From: Octopus vulgaris
Lineage: Eukaryota
Direction: 5' to 3'
DNA length: 64,000 bases
Assembly: GCA_951406725.2 (NCBI GenBank)
Contig: OX597820.1
Coordinates: forward strand, 77,314,001 to 77,378,000
This document shows, one piece after another, positions 1 to 14,020 of this stretch. Position 1 is the first letter of the stretch; the number at the start of each line of letters is the position of its first letter. The translations under genes were made by a program, and so were the position numbers. The notes under the pieces were generated by a model. That model made no database searches. It was not told where the DNA came from and saw only the letters and a program-made list of their open reading frames with translations.

Positions 1-309
1 TAATTTCTATAATTATATTGAGGAGCTAGGATAAACTTCGCAAAGTATTTGTTGAGATAGTTCAAAGTATATCGAAGATATGTACATTTGAAACCTGTAT
101 ACCGAGGATTTGTACAATTGAATCCTGAATTGCTAATGTTTTATCGCCTCAGAGTTCGTTAGACTGTTGGGGTTTCATTTCTAATCTCTATATTTGTAGG
201 AGTATTTCAAAGTATACATTACATCCCACATTTGGGTTTAAATCTAGCATGCGCAGTTTGTTATGACAATCACATGTAATTGAGTTATAAGAGTAGGGTT
301 TAAGCCTTT

Positions 310-562
310 CTTACCCCGTCTGGCGAAACTGCACCAAAAGACGCATCACCTCCAAAGAACAGACCAGGATTGCTGGAGCACAGAGAAATCAGGAACTGCG
401 ACACTCCAGAGTTAATTCCTTCTCTCCTGTCGCAATAATTACAGTGCCCAACCTGCTGCAGAGCCTTCCGAGCACTTATCGGGATGTCAAACCACAGCGA
501 GAAACACTGTCTTTTTCTCTCATGTGATGACCTTGTCATCACAGACAACGGTCGAACTACTG
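310..562 (+). mobile_element. 3' remnant of an RTE-clade LINE
   Basis: Translates to CPTCCRAFRALIGMSNHSEKH, the C2H2-like C-terminal motif of RTE/BovB-type ORFs, followed by a short tail (gatgacc-ttgtcatc...ggtcgaactac). Contains stops and frameshifts. Confidence 0.6.
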
Positions 563-1784
563 ATATCAGTATAAGTAAACGTTGTTGCTTTACCTATCTG
601 AAATATCGATGAGGAAACGTCCTTGTTTGTTAAACCTGTGGCCTTCCATAATATCTGCGCATATTCCACTTAAATGGAATGAAATGAATATAATAACAGC
701 TCACACAACATGAGATATGTGCTTTTCTAGTAGTTTACGTTATGTTTTTTTTCCCGAAGGAGTCAAAATATGCTCGCTGATTATATAATCTACTCGAGTT
801 TAACGAATCTTATCCAAAGCAATATGTTGATAAGTGAATCTGCACGCATTGCCCATTCAGCGGAGAAAGACTATTGACAACAACATGTTACACAATGTTT
901 ATTGCAGTGAGAATCATAATTGATAAAACTTTCTTGAAATTCCTCCGTGAATTAGATTGCATTGCACTGGTTATTTGATAAAGCATATGTTCCTTTCTTA
1001 CATACAGCTATAAAGATTTTCAGGTGAAGATCATAAACAATCAGGTCTACCATTGACGCGAGTATAATTTATGGCACGTTGCGTGTACTCGTGTGTGTTT
1101 GTGTGTGTGTGTGAATGAGTATGAGAGTGCGTCTGTGTATGTGTTTGTGTGTGCGTGTGTGTATGTGTGCGTGTCTATGTGTGTTTGTGTGTGCATGTCA
1201 TGTGAATTACATACTAACATAATGGAAAATTAGCAATTCCTTCTCGTGTTGGTAGGTACTGCGTCATTTCTAACACTATAACTCAGATGAAAATAGCCTT
1301 TCACCAGTAGTGTTTTGATATACGACATCTGACAAACAAAATCTAGGGTAAATAAATGTAAGCACATACACTTACATAGTAGAAGCCTTGGCAATATATC
1401 AGAACGCCTTCTCATACATGCCCAAAAGAGATAATTGTTCCGATAAATCACAAGGGTTATTTCTCCACGTCATGTCACAATGCTGTCGCATGGACGAGAG
1501 GCATTTTTATGTATGTTTATATTTATACATCTACCAACTACCCTACCTGTACTCTTTTCCATTATGCCTTTTCCTTATTTTGTCGTTGGTTATCGTTTGT
1601 TTATATGTTAGTCATCGTAAAATATGGTCCCTTTCTTATCTCGGCAGTTCTTTTACTAATGACGCTACCCAAATAAACATTCCTATCGATAATTATAAAA
1701 TAGGAAGTATCAACGTTAGAAATCTTTTGGAAACTACTCCAATTAAAGGACGAATCCACATTTAGCCCTTTTAAATTTATCTTT

Positions 1785-2130
1785 TTTCTTTTTTTTTTCT
1801 CTGTAGTTTCAGTTTGAGCTGCGGTCATACTGATGCATCGCCGTTTTGCTACACTGTTATTACTCAGAGCCTCCTCCAATATGTAGCACTTGGTGAAGAA
1901 TGGAGTTTGCTGTAGCTACCATCATTGGCTCTTCTTTCCGTGTGGTAGGTTCATCTGGGACCCTCGACTGGAAGCGGTCCAGCCTTGATTGAAAAACGCC
2001 AGCATCAACTTTGTGAAGGTTCCTCAGGATCTTTGAGAGAATATTAAATAGCTGTGCGCCCCTGAAACCTACGCTGTTGCATTAACTAGTCCTGTAGCGC
2101 GATGGCATTGCAAGGATCTTTGGCACTGTG
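1785..2130 (-). mobile_element. 3' fragment of a CR1-group LINE related to the 40.9-44.5 kb element
   Basis: Minus strand encodes FRGAQLFNIL and VPDEPTTRKE, matching FRGPQLFNIL and VPDEPTSRQE of the large LINE. Ends in a degenerate version of the same GGCG..GC...CAG.ATG.CC.CAGCT tail plus an A-rich run. Confidence 0.75.
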
Positions 2131-2794
2131 TATTTGTATATACACAGACACATTGTGTATCTGTGTATATACAAATAACACTATTTTTATAGCAGGTAAA
2201 TGGTTGATGCTATATGATTTCACTCTCCCTACCCCATTAGCATTTGCCTACAAACTTAGCTGCCATAAGCTTGTCTTAAGTATATTCTTACTCATCCAAA
2301 TGGTTTTACTCCAAAGAAATCTCCAAGATTTATGACTCTGCCACTTAAATTGTCAATCTATTTTGCCCTATCCATAAAGGATATATACTAGTTTCTCTTG
2401 GATTTGACAAACTAGTCTATAAATTAAAACTAACCCCGCCCCAATAGTATACACGAATAACAAAAATAATCAATGTTAAGCAGTGTCTTCTTTTGATAAA
2501 ACCTCAGTTATGGCTGTGATGTTGTTGATAAATCATGTTCTTTGTCTATCTACTTATCCTCTTAGTGATTTTGGATTTTAAAAATTATACAAATGAATCC
2601 TTCGAATTTAATTAGCTTCTATATTTTTATGCAGCTGAAGATTGCTCTACATTTTAAATTGATATAATGTTTGCTTTGTCCAATTAAATGGAGTCGCATG
2701 AAACAGTCGTACTGCATTAACTCTGGGTATCTGTGTTGCTTATTTTGATATATATATACATACATACATGCATGCATATATATATACATATATA

Positions 2795-2926
2795 TACATA
2801 CACACATACATTTATACATTGCTACATACGTACATACACACAGACATACAAAGAAACATATACGTGTGCGAGTGTGTATGTAAGCTAAAAATCATATACA
2901 TAGCAAAATATATAAAATATAGTTTT

Positions 2927-2966
<40 letters not shown>

Positions 2967-3164
2967 CATATGCGCATGAACGAATGTATAATAGTTCTGC
3001 GCAATATATTGTGTGTTAGAAAACATAAATTTAAAGTCTGTCATTTTATTATCCTCTTCGTACATAGAGAAATAGGGATACATTCTTCTAACATACACAC
3101 ATACATTTATACATTGCTACATACGTACATACACACAGACATACAAAAATAATATATAAAATAT

Positions 3165-3208
<44 letters not shown>

Positions 3209-3336
3209 CATATGCGCATGAACGAATGTATAATAGTTCTGCGCAATATATTGTGTGTTAGAAAACATAAATTTAAAGTCTGTCATTTTATTATCCTCTT
3301 CGTACATAGAGAAATAGGGATAAATTCTTCTAACAT
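2795..3336. repeat. Local tandem duplication (A-B-C-A-C pattern) around TA/CA microsatellites
   Basis: 2795-2850 recurs at about 3092-3148, and about 2905-3095 recurs at about 3150-3336. ORFs 2970 and 3212 share the same translation, MRMNECIIVLRNIL. Confidence 0.9.
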
Positions 3337-3981
3337 ACTGCACATAATTTTGAGTGATCTAGATGAGGAATATACCTATGAAAAATACCTAAGACTCGCT
3401 ATTTAACAAAGATACTGTGGCGGGAGCAGAGCCATCAACGTACTATGCATTTGTTGATGAAAGTGTTTATACAGTGAAGAACATTAAGCTCTACACAGAA
3501 TAATAACTGACGTTTTTTACTGAATATTTAATCTACTTCGCGATATGTGAATTATACGTCGTGTGGTCTAGAAATTAGAGCTAATTTCTAGATTATATTA
3601 ATTTAACGATGAGTATTTATCATCAAAATAAGCGTGAGCGTACTGCGGCAAAGTTAATGACAATTTCTTTTAAATTTCTATGTAATCTACTTAAGTGTTT
3701 ACAGTGATTAAACATATCGTTTATTTAAAACAAACAAATATATACATTGTTTCATACTTACTTTTTGAAAACTTATGTTCATATGTCAGCGCCGTTCCAC
3801 GGCCGTAGATCCCGTGCTGAACACTAGTAAAAGATGAAAGTCCTACAGTAAAAGCAAATTTTCTCCGAATTAATATTATAATAATTTGAAGCCAATATTG
3901 AAATTCCTAATTTCAAAAGTATCCCTGAGAATTCTACTAGGCTTTTAATACAAAAACATAAAGAGAAAAACAGACAGGCAC

Positions 3982-4030
<49 letters not shown>

Positions 4031-4393
4031 TAGCAACATTAACAAGCAAATTTGTAATTTGTAGAATATTAAAAGATTTTATAATTTACAATTTTCTTTT
4101 TCGAATTTCCATTTCAATTTATCAAATATCTGTTATTATTATGTTATCATATCAATACAATATATTCTCTCTTACATCCTTTCTCTTGCTCCCCCCTCTC
4201 TCTTGCCCCCCCCCCCCCCCTGTCTCTCTCGCTATATACATATATTATAACTTGGTCTAATGGTCAAGATTAAGATAATCATCCTGTAGTTATGATTTAC
4301 ATCAACACAAATAATGCATATAACATAATACACCAAGACAAGGAATATATTAATATATTATTTAGAAAAGAAATAAGAAACTCATGTATTTTT

Positions 4394-4455
<62 letters not shown>

Positions 4456-4812
4456 TGTGTGTATTTGAGCGAAGGCCACATAAAAAAGATGTCTACATGA
4501 AGAAGAAAAAAATGTATTTGATTTTTAATGCATATCACTTCATTTTGACTTTCACTATTTCTACACCCTCTTCTTGACACCTGATGTTTTAAACCAGAAT
4601 CTGATTCTTTTTTTTTTTTTACTAATACAGCATTCTTCGTTTCATCAAAAGTATTGTACAAAATTTAATGCATTTATTTCAGAATTAGTGACATTATCTC
4701 AATGTAAACAACCTTTCGCTCATTTTATCAACTTTACCGCCAGAAATGTCTCTATTGTATAATCAAAAATATCCTGTCGTCCTTTTCTTGTTTCCGCTTT
4801 TTTGTAGTGCAG

Positions 4813-5029
4813 TCTTCTTCTTCTTCTTTGCCTTCTTCTTTTTCTTCTTCTTCTTCTTCTTCTTCTTCTTCTTCTTCTTCTTCTTCTTCTTCTTCTTCTT
4901 CTTCTTCTTCTTCTTCTTCTTCTTCTTCTTCTTCTTCTTCTTCTTCTTCTTCTTCTTCTTCTTCTTCTTCTTCTTCTCCTTCTCCTTATTCTTCTTCTTT
5001 TTCTTCTTATTCTGTTGCTGCTGCTGCTG

Positions 5030-5082
<53 letters not shown>

Positions 5083-5162
5083 GCTACTACTACTTCTATT
5101 AATACCACCACTACCACGACTACCGCCACTATCACCACCACTAAAACCACTACTACTACTAC
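4813..5162. repeat. Compound triplet microsatellite (TTC)n-(GCT)n-(ACT)n-(ACC)n
   Basis: Seen directly; it produces the poly-F, poly-S, poly-T and poly-L ORFs. Confidence 0.97.
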
Positions 5163-6038
5163 AAATTGCAAAGTTAAAGAAATGGCACTTAATATGAATA
5201 GTTTTCAGGTCATATTTTAGCTTTTAGTAGCATTATTTATTTATAATTAATTCAGTGATGTGTGTCTCGTTATCTCAGATTTTATATCCTGGCCAATATT
5301 TCTAAGGATTTTAAATCTGCAATTAGACAAAATTCTATTTCTTGTATGCATCGACGCAGTTATTGCAAGTTAATTATTAAGGCGTTGATATATGTGCGAT
5401 TTGATGAATAGCAATGTTCATAATTACCATATTTGACGATGTGCGCTTTCATGAGCAGTATTTCATTACTAAATTTGGATTAAGTGAATTTAGATTTGGT
5501 TTAGCATGATTTATTGCTTATCTATATTTAGATATAGTTATTGATATTGTCTGAGGAAATTTATCTTATATACATTCATAAGCTTACTCTACTCTGTCTC
5601 AATCGATCTATCTCTATAATTTGCATAGAAGAGATATGCAACGATACAATTAAACAGACGTAAATTGGTTTCAGATAACATAATATCTCCCTGTTTATAT
5701 ATACATACATATATATGTAAACATACATATGCACACATACATGTACATACATTCATATATATATATACATAGTCAGTATAGGGATATCTCGACTGCTGCT
5801 TTCAGCCATTTACGGTCTCTGTCAGTTTTGTATGTATTCAAATATGTGCTTTGAAAGCAACATTTAAGTACCTCAGGTCTTATTTCAAGCATTGTATGTG
5901 TTCCAACAGCCTCTGTAATATTTAATTTCAAAGTTTTACTAAGCTACTGCCTACATTAACTTCATACACACACACACACACACACACACATACACACGCA
6001 CACACACACACACATACTTATATATATATATATATATA

Positions 6039-7232
6039 TCAGGTTGAGTAAAAAGTAAACAACCTTTTGAGCATTGAAGAATTTGTACCGGATTTTTGCA
6101 GAGTTTTAAATTTTAAGCATCCTGTTGGAATTGTCTGATAATACAGACATAGACTTTTCCAAATACATCAAGAAATTAGCATTGAATTTGTTTGCTCCGT
6201 TGTTACAATCATATGAAATGTAACTGTAAATTTCGAGCAATTTTGCCATTCAACTTCAAAAAAGTACGTAAAGCAGCTGAAACTACTCGGGTCAGCTCAA
6301 AAATATTTAAAACTATTTCGCAGTGGAGACCTGAGCCTTCAAGTTCGTGAGCGTAGTGGACGCTCATCTGTCATCGCTAACTGTCAATTAAAGACCGTTA
6401 TTGAGAAAGATCCATTTAAAACCACTCGAGAACTGACAAAAGTACTTGAAGTTAGCCACAAAACAGCCCGCAACCATTTGCATACGATCGGAAAATCAAA
6501 TAAGCTCGACAAATGGGTACCACGATTTTAATGAAAATCGAAAACTGCACAGATATGAAATTTGCACGTCGCTTCTGCTCCGTAACCGGACCGATCCATT
6601 TCTCGACCGTATTGTAACTTGAAAAGTGGTTTCAGTACAATAATAGAAAACGTTGTTCGCCGTAGTTGGACCAAAATGAAGCACGGAAAGCCTTCACTAA
6701 ATACGAGCTCTTCGGAAACAAGGTTATAGTGGTGTACTGCTGGTTTCCTCCAGCATAACTTAGGAAAACCAGGAAAAGGCCATTACTGCAGAAACATATT
6801 GCATTGAACGAAAAACTGCTGTTCCTCCGTCCCAGACTGGTTAACAGAAGAGGGCCAATCATTCTTCATGACAATGCTCGACCACACATGTCGCTAATGA
6901 TACTTCAGAAGATGAGGGAACTTGGCTATGAAGTTCTTCCCCACCCAGTTTATTCCCCTGACCTTTCTCCTACCGACTACGACTTGTTCAAGCCCCTTGA
7001 TGGTTTTCTGCGAGAGTAGGGGTTCAAATATCAAACCGATGCTTAAAGTGCGTTCAAAGAGTTCATCAGCTCCAGACCTCCAGATTTTTATGTTTCCGGA
7101 ATAAACAAACTCGTAACTCGTTGGCAAAATGTATCGATTGTAATGTTACCTAATTTGATGAATAAAATTTCCACATTGTTGAAATATATTGTTATGAATT
7201 TCAAAATGTTGCTTACTTTTTACTCAGCCTGA
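6039..7232 (+). mobile_element. Decayed, near full-length mariner (DD34D) transposon with both TIRs and TA target site
   Basis: Left TIR TCAGGTTGAGTAAAAAGTAAACAACCTTTTGA; right TIR (revcomp) TCAGGCTGAGTAAAAAGTAAGCAACATTTTGA; TA on both flanks. Transposase motifs KWVP, HDNARPH and YSPDLSPTDYDLF are present, interrupted by stops and frameshifts. Confidence 0.95.
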
Positions 7233-7805
7233 TATATCATGATAGTGAGTTTGAACTGTACATCTATGTTTCCTTAAGTTGCTTCCCAGCAACTATACCA
7301 CGTAGTAACACGTGTTTCTATTATTTTGAATCTCTGATATTTGTGTTTTTTTGAATTGTAAATCTAATTGCCAAAAGTGTTGTCCATCTTTTTAATAGGC
7401 GCCAAATGCAATTGAAGCAACTCTCAATTTCATATCTTATATTTAACCACGTGATAAAACTCGCTGAAATATTTACACCAATCCCAACCCGCGATAAACT
7501 GAAACAACAACAACTGCAGCAACAACTACGTCAACGGCAAATTCGACGATAACTGCCACAACTGCAGCATCAGCTACAGCATCAAGGACCCCTAATCCAG
7601 CGTACCATAATAGACTCACTACCGTTATCATCTATATCATCTTCACTACCTACATACACTACCAGTACTACTAAAACGACGACCACCACCAAAACTACTA
7701 TTATGACGGCAAAGTCTTTTCCTGCTTCTATGGCTAATCTCATTGACCAAACTCGACAACACCGTTCTACATCCGCCGGTGTCCGATCTAAACCATTCCT
7801 TTTTA

Positions 7806-7850
<45 letters not shown>

Positions 7851-8369
7851 AACTTCATCGCCCCGACGTAATTCAAGTCAAACAAATTAAAACCTAAAAC
7901 TATTTACGCTCCACTGGATCCTAGATCATCCACACGTGTAAATCAAAATCCAAAAATATGCCCTCTTTCTTTAAGCGCGAAGCTACGCGCCTGTTGTGGC
8001 GGTATTTTTACTCATCTCCCAAGAATAAAACGCACATTTAATATAACCGTAGCACCTCTACTGCGAACTACCATCACCAAATTCAAAATGAGTTCGTAAC
8101 ACTAAAATCACCCATCCGTAGCATGATTTTATGTTCATGTATCTCCCTGAGACTCGGCGACTGTACCGGTGCGTACTTTTCTCATAAATCCGGCAAAAAA
8201 GAATGTATTCAATGGAAACAAAAACAAAAAAAAACCAGCTCCGGCACGAACTTTTTCACCAGCATGGGAAACCGAAGACCATTCAGTAGGAACAAGCGTA
8301 AATCCAAGAACCGACAAATCCTCTCAGTGTAAGCACAAATGATTTATTCCCCACTCACACGTTTTGCAC

Positions 8370-8634
<265 letters not shown>

Positions 8635-9783
8635 CCAACGTAGAAGCTTTAATTATAATTACCTTAAGATTTGCTTTAAATGTTAACAGAAGCGAGGTAT
8701 GCAATTATATTTTCTGCTTAGTTAATGCAGTCTCTTAACTAACTAAGGATATTCGTCATTAGTCAACTAATGACTGTTATAAAGACATTAAATTGATTCA
8801 GCTGTAGGTATTATTGTAATGCATGAGAAAGTACATTAGTATATCTTTGATTCCTGATTCTCATTTGTTAGCATTTGTTCTAAAGAGTATCAATATATGC
8901 AAATGTGATTTGCGGTTCATTGTACAAATAGCTTGATAGTAATCAATGGATGTGATCGCAACGTATTACTTGTTATGTAGTCTTTGTAGGTTGGATGCTG
9001 AAATCTAATTTCCTCGAACATCACACTGACTTACAGCACAATCTATTAGCGAAAGTAGACGCTAGGAATTTCCCGTGAGTTACCTTACAGTGTACTGATG
9101 GCCTTTGAATTAAATTACTGAGTCAGATGTGTTATGTTGTTGAGTCTTCTAAAAATGTTATAGGGAGTGCATGTATCCATTTGCAGTTTAGGTAACACTG
9201 GAGTACAGAACATTTCTATTGCAATCACGTAAAGAAAGTAACTTCGGTATTAATTTAACCAAATTATTAACAAATATCTATGTATGGAATTTCACTATCA
9301 ACTCATCTCCTGACACAATACACCGAGTGTTTGGCATCAGCTTCTGTTGAAGTTGCAAGCGATACCAAAAGGACTCTAGGGTACAGTTATATAGCAAATT
9401 CTCTTTTCTATTAAGTACTAATTTTTGATCTTCGAGCGAACGAATCATTCAGTAATTCTGCAGCTCTTATATAGCTACCCAGAGCAGTAAGTGTATTATA
9501 TCATTCTTCATCAGAGTATGTCACATATTGCTTTTAATTTTAGATGTTTTCTGCAATAATCGCAGTCAAGTACAAAATGCAGTTTACTGGGAAACTAAAT
9601 TCAATTCTGTTAAATAAAAGAATATAAAATTGAATTTGTTAAGCCGCCTGTGTCAGACCACGAATTGATAGGTAAACTCATTTTAGAGATTTCCCTTTCG
9701 TAGCAGCTGCTTCAAAGAATACTGATGCGTTTTTTTTTTTGTTTCTTTTTTAACAAATACCGGTGCATTGCTGAATCAAATAG

Positions 9784-9824
<41 letters not shown>

Positions 9825-10311
9825 AAACCACCACCTAAACTACTATTACGACGGCAAATTCTTTTCCTGCTTCTATGGCTAATCTCATTGACCAAACTCG
9901 ACAACACCATTTTCGACTTTGGATTGCTTATTCTTTCTTCTTACAGGTGTTGTATTTTGAAACCCGTAATCTACATTAATTGACGTCACAGTGCTGCCAG
10001 GATATGTGTTATCAGACCATAAAAGTTGAACTTAGATCTCGACATTTAAAGTGCAAAATTAACGACGATGTACATATTGTTCTGACATCTAAATAGGATG
10101 TCACTATAAATAATAAATATTCTGCTAGAACAATTCTCAATATTGTGCAATTTATTTCATAAGATTGATATATATTTCAGAACCCCTTTTGAAATGTCCT
10201 CCATTTCAATATAATGTTTATGAATTAGAAACGGAGCCATATTTCGCAACTTTTGCATGTGAAGGAATTATATTTCCAACTCCAACATCTGTTGATATAA
10301 ACTCTTACTAA

Positions 10312-10966
10312 GGCGGTGAGTTGACAAAAGCGTTACCACGAAGGAAAAAATGCTTAAATGCATTCCGTAGCTCTAAGTTTTGGGTTCAAATTTCGCGGAG
10401 TTCAACTCTGACTTTCATCCCTTCGAGATCAATAAAATAAGTACCAGCTGAGTGCAGGGATCGATGTAATTGATTTACCCCTCCGTTAAATTGCTGGCCT
10501 TGTGCTAAAAAATTAAGACCAATATTTGTTATGCTATTTAGACGACGACATGACAGAATTTTTAGCGCGCTAAGAGAAAATGCTTAACCGTATTTCGTCC
10601 GCCTTTACGTTTGGAGTTAAAATCCATCGAGGTCGACTTTGTCTTCCATCATTTCGTAATCAATAAAATAAGTACCAGTATTGAGGTCGATGTAATCGAC
10701 TTACTCTTCCTCTAAAAGTGCTGGCCTTGTACCAAATTTTGGAACCAATATTAACTATTTTAAAATGTAGCGAATCGTCAGAATTGTTAGCACGCCTCAT
10801 AAAGTGATTAGCATTTTCGCCCGTCTTTACGTTCCCTGAAGATCAACCTAGCCTTTTATTTTGGGGGTTGATAAAATAAGTACCATTCAAGTGCTCAGGT
10901 CGATGTAATTGACTTGTCGCTTCCCCTGAAATTGCTGACCTTGTGCCAAAATCTGAAATCAATATT
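10312..10966 (+). mobile_element. Three head-to-tail copies of a tRNA-derived SINE (family B, Meta-domain-like)
   Basis: Units at about 10312-10526, 10541-10752 and 10768-10966. Each has a tRNA-like head, a version of the core CTTTCATCC.TTCG.GGTCGATAAAATAAGTACCA, and the tail GCTGGCCTTGTGCCAAAA...ACCAATATT. The core resembles the MetaSINE/Sauria-SINE conserved domain (recalled, not searched). Confidence 0.85.
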
Positions 10967-12209
10967 ATCTATCATTACAGGTTTTGTGGCAAAAATAGTT
11001 CATTGACACAGTTTGCAGAATAATGAAATTGAAGAGATGCTTCCTGTTGTAAACTTGACTTCAGAACGCAGACAACGAAAACGAAATGCTATTAGTCATT
11101 TCTGCAAGCATTCCTCTGGTCCAGTAATGTCGCTGTCTTTTCTTTCTTATTTAGGCGCAAAGCCAATATTTGTGATGAAAATGTATATCGGTTTAGTCGT
11201 ATGTTTATATCAACATTGGTCTGAAAGTTAATGAAGGGTGAAAGACTAACACAGGATAATTCAACAACATTGATACAGCATCACACTTAAGATTCAGTAC
11301 GTCTCACAAACTTCTTGTAAACACTTGAACTTATCTATTGATGTGTTCCAATAATAACTACTATATTTTCCTCTATAAAACTCCCTCTCTGTTCTCACTC
11401 GCTGCTCGTGTAACTGACAGATTGTATATCGTTATTTTCAGTCATGGACAAGTTATTGATACTCTCATTATATCGTCCTCTTGTGATTACTCACTTGCCG
11501 ATAAAATAGCGATTAATTATAATGAATACCGCAGTGTTATGGTTGCCCTAACAAAAAATTGATAAATTAGCTACTAACGAAAAACTACAAATTCTTCTTC
11601 TTCTTCCTCCGTATGTTCTCCATATAAATCATTATGTTTAGAACATATTGTTAGCTGTATGATCAATCATCGTCATTAAATGAATTGTAGGCTTTGACTG
11701 TTTTCGATCGAAAATAAAACAATTTTTTATTGAAAATGTCACGTTTCAATACATTTATTTCTTATACTTCTAAACATCTCAATAAACCTATCATTACCTT
11801 ATTAGCATTGCTAATATCAACAGTATGTATAGATTATATTTGATCTCCTTGTAAACAATATCAGTGACACAATTTCTATTTCGGATTTAAATAATTTCAT
11901 TTCATTTGGGATAATAATTTTATTGGGATAGCTATAGGTTACACAATCGCTGATACATATTTTATTTCACTGAAATATGGAAAGACAAATGAAACTATCA
12001 AATCTCTTGGTAATTAACTGCCAATAAAATAAAGGTTGCATCATTTTTCTCTCAACTTCTATCCATATGATTTCGTGTTTGTGTTTGTTTGTAAGATTCT
12101 TTATGCGAAGCAGTTGTTCTGTCATTGACGAGATGCGGTTTGTCTATAAGAAACGACAACACATTCCTATAATTGTTAACTTTGTGTTATTATTTGGAAC
12201 CAGTAGACG

Positions 12210-12240
12210 TAGTAATAATAGTAGCAGCAGCAGCTGTAGC

Positions 12241-12282
<42 letters not shown>

Positions 12283-12520
12283 TGTTGTTGTTGTTGTTGT
12301 TGTTGTTTTTGTAGCAGTAGTAGTAGTAGAAGTAGTGGTAGCAGAGTAGCAGGGAATGATGGAAGGTGGAGGTAGAAGATAGGAGTGAGGTGGAGGGGAA
12401 GGGGAAGCGGAAGCAGTAGTAGCAGCGAAAACAGTAGTAAGAACAAGAGCAGTAGTAGTCGTACTTTTGGCGGTAGTATAAGTCGTAGTAGTAGTAGCAG
12501 CAGCAGTAGTAGCGGCAGTC
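12210..12520. repeat. Degenerate (AGT)n/(TGT)n/(AGC)n microsatellite
   Basis: Seen directly. Confidence 0.93.
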
Positions 12521-12799
12521 ACCCGTTCATCGTTCAATTAATTCATTAATCAGCTGGCTTCTCAGACTCTTTTATTCACCATTCTTGGCCACATCAATGT
12601 CAGGCTCTCATTCTTTCAAGCCAGTCTCGATCTAATTGTCGACATTACACTAGTACATATATTTACAATCTTTAGGATTTGTGTGATTGCTTAAGCGTGC
12701 ATGATAGTGATTGTGAGAGGATTTTTGAAGAGCCACTGTCTATATACGCATGCGCCTGCATGTGTATATGTACATGCGCGAGCCAGCAAATACACTCAT

Positions 12800-13005
12800 T
12801 TTAGTCTCTCTTTACTCTTTACTCTTTTACTTGTTTCAGTCATTTGACTGCGGCCATGCTGGAGCACCGCCTTTAGTCGAGCAAATCGACCCCGGGACTT
12901 ATTCTTTGTAAGCCCAGTACTTATTCTATCGGTCTCTTTTGCCGAACCGCTAAGTGGCGGGGACGTAAACACACCAGCATCGGTTGTCAAGCAACTGACA
13001 CACAA

Positions 13006-13040
<35 letters not shown>

Positions 13041-13211
13041 CATATATACGACGGGCTTCTTTTAGTTTCCGTCTACCAAATCTACTCAAAAGGCATTGGT
13101 CGGCCCGGGGCTATAGCAGAAGACACTTGCCCAAGATGCCACGCAGTGGGATTGAACCCAGAACCATGTGGTTGGTTAGCAAGCTACTTACCACACAGCC
13201 ACTCCTGCGCC
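12800..13211 (-). mobile_element. SINE family A: tRNA-like head, central (TA)n(TG)n, LINE-derived 3' tail
   Basis: Head GGCGCAGGAGTGGCTGTGTGGTAAG...GGTTCAATCCC carries A and B boxes, followed by CTTGGGCAAGTG, an internal microsatellite, and tail GGCGGTGCTCCAGCATGGCCGCAGTCAAATGACTGAAAC(AAGTAAAAGAG)n. Multiple copies occur in the window. Confidence 0.93.
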
Positions 13212-13617
13212 TAGTCTCTTTTGTTTGTAAATTTAAACCTCATTTATCTCATATCTCAAGGGAATTCACACTCATGGACAATCGATTCTCAAACACAAAT
13301 ATGTTTGGGGAGGTGTAGGTGGAGGTTGTGTGTGTGTGCTTGTGTGTGTAAGGATGGTGTGAAAACAGTTCACAATAAAATAGACAATAGTCATTGCAAG
13401 GACCTCCATCGATCTCATACCCAGATAGTCACATAACTATACTGACATGCATTAATATGCACAAAGACGTACTCACACAAGAGAAGAAACGTGCCCCTTA
13501 TTAGTGGTTGTGGGCTTTACTGCTTGCCTGTTGGTTCGTCTTCTGTTATACCTATATCTTCCTATATCCATTTTAAGACTGGGTATGTGAACATGCCGAT
13601 ATGTTATCTATATATAA

Positions 13618-14020
13618 GGCGACGAGCAGGCAGAATCGTTAGCGCGCCGGGCGAAATGCTTAGCGGTATTTCTTCTGCCGCTACGTTCTTAGTTCAAATT
13701 TCGCCGAGGTCGAATTTGCCTTTCATCCTTTCGAGGTCGATAAATTAAGTACCAGTTACGCACTGGGGTCGATGTAATTGACTTAATCCGTTTGTCTGTC
13801 CTTGTTTGTCCCCTCTGTGTTTAGCCCCATGTGGGTAGTAAAGAAATAGGTATTTCGTCTGTCTTTATTCTCTGAGTTCGAATTCCGTCGAGATCGACTT
13901 TGCCTTTCATCCTTTCACTGTCGATAAATTAAGTACCACCCTCGTACTGGAGTCGATCTAATCGACTGGCACCCTTCTCAAAAATTTCGTGCCTTGTGCC
14001 TAGAGTAGAAAATAATATAT
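13618..14020 (+). mobile_element. SINE family B, dimer-like copy (two core domains, two different tails)
   Basis: Head GGCGACGAGCAGGCAGAATCGTTAGCGCGCCGGGCGAAATG; the core GCCTTTCATCCTTTC...GTCGATAAATTAAGTACCA occurs twice, at about 13718 and 13902. Confidence 0.88.

Noticed and set aside
4746-5220. Mucin-like Ser/Thr ORF and poly-Leu/Phe ORFs
   Set aside because: All three frames are open only because of triplet repeats; no signal peptide or splice support.
7582-7851. Small membrane-peptide-like ORF (VIIVVLVVVVVLVVLVV)
   Set aside because: The hydrophobic run comes from degenerate GTA/GTG repeats and the start lies in a GA microsatellite.
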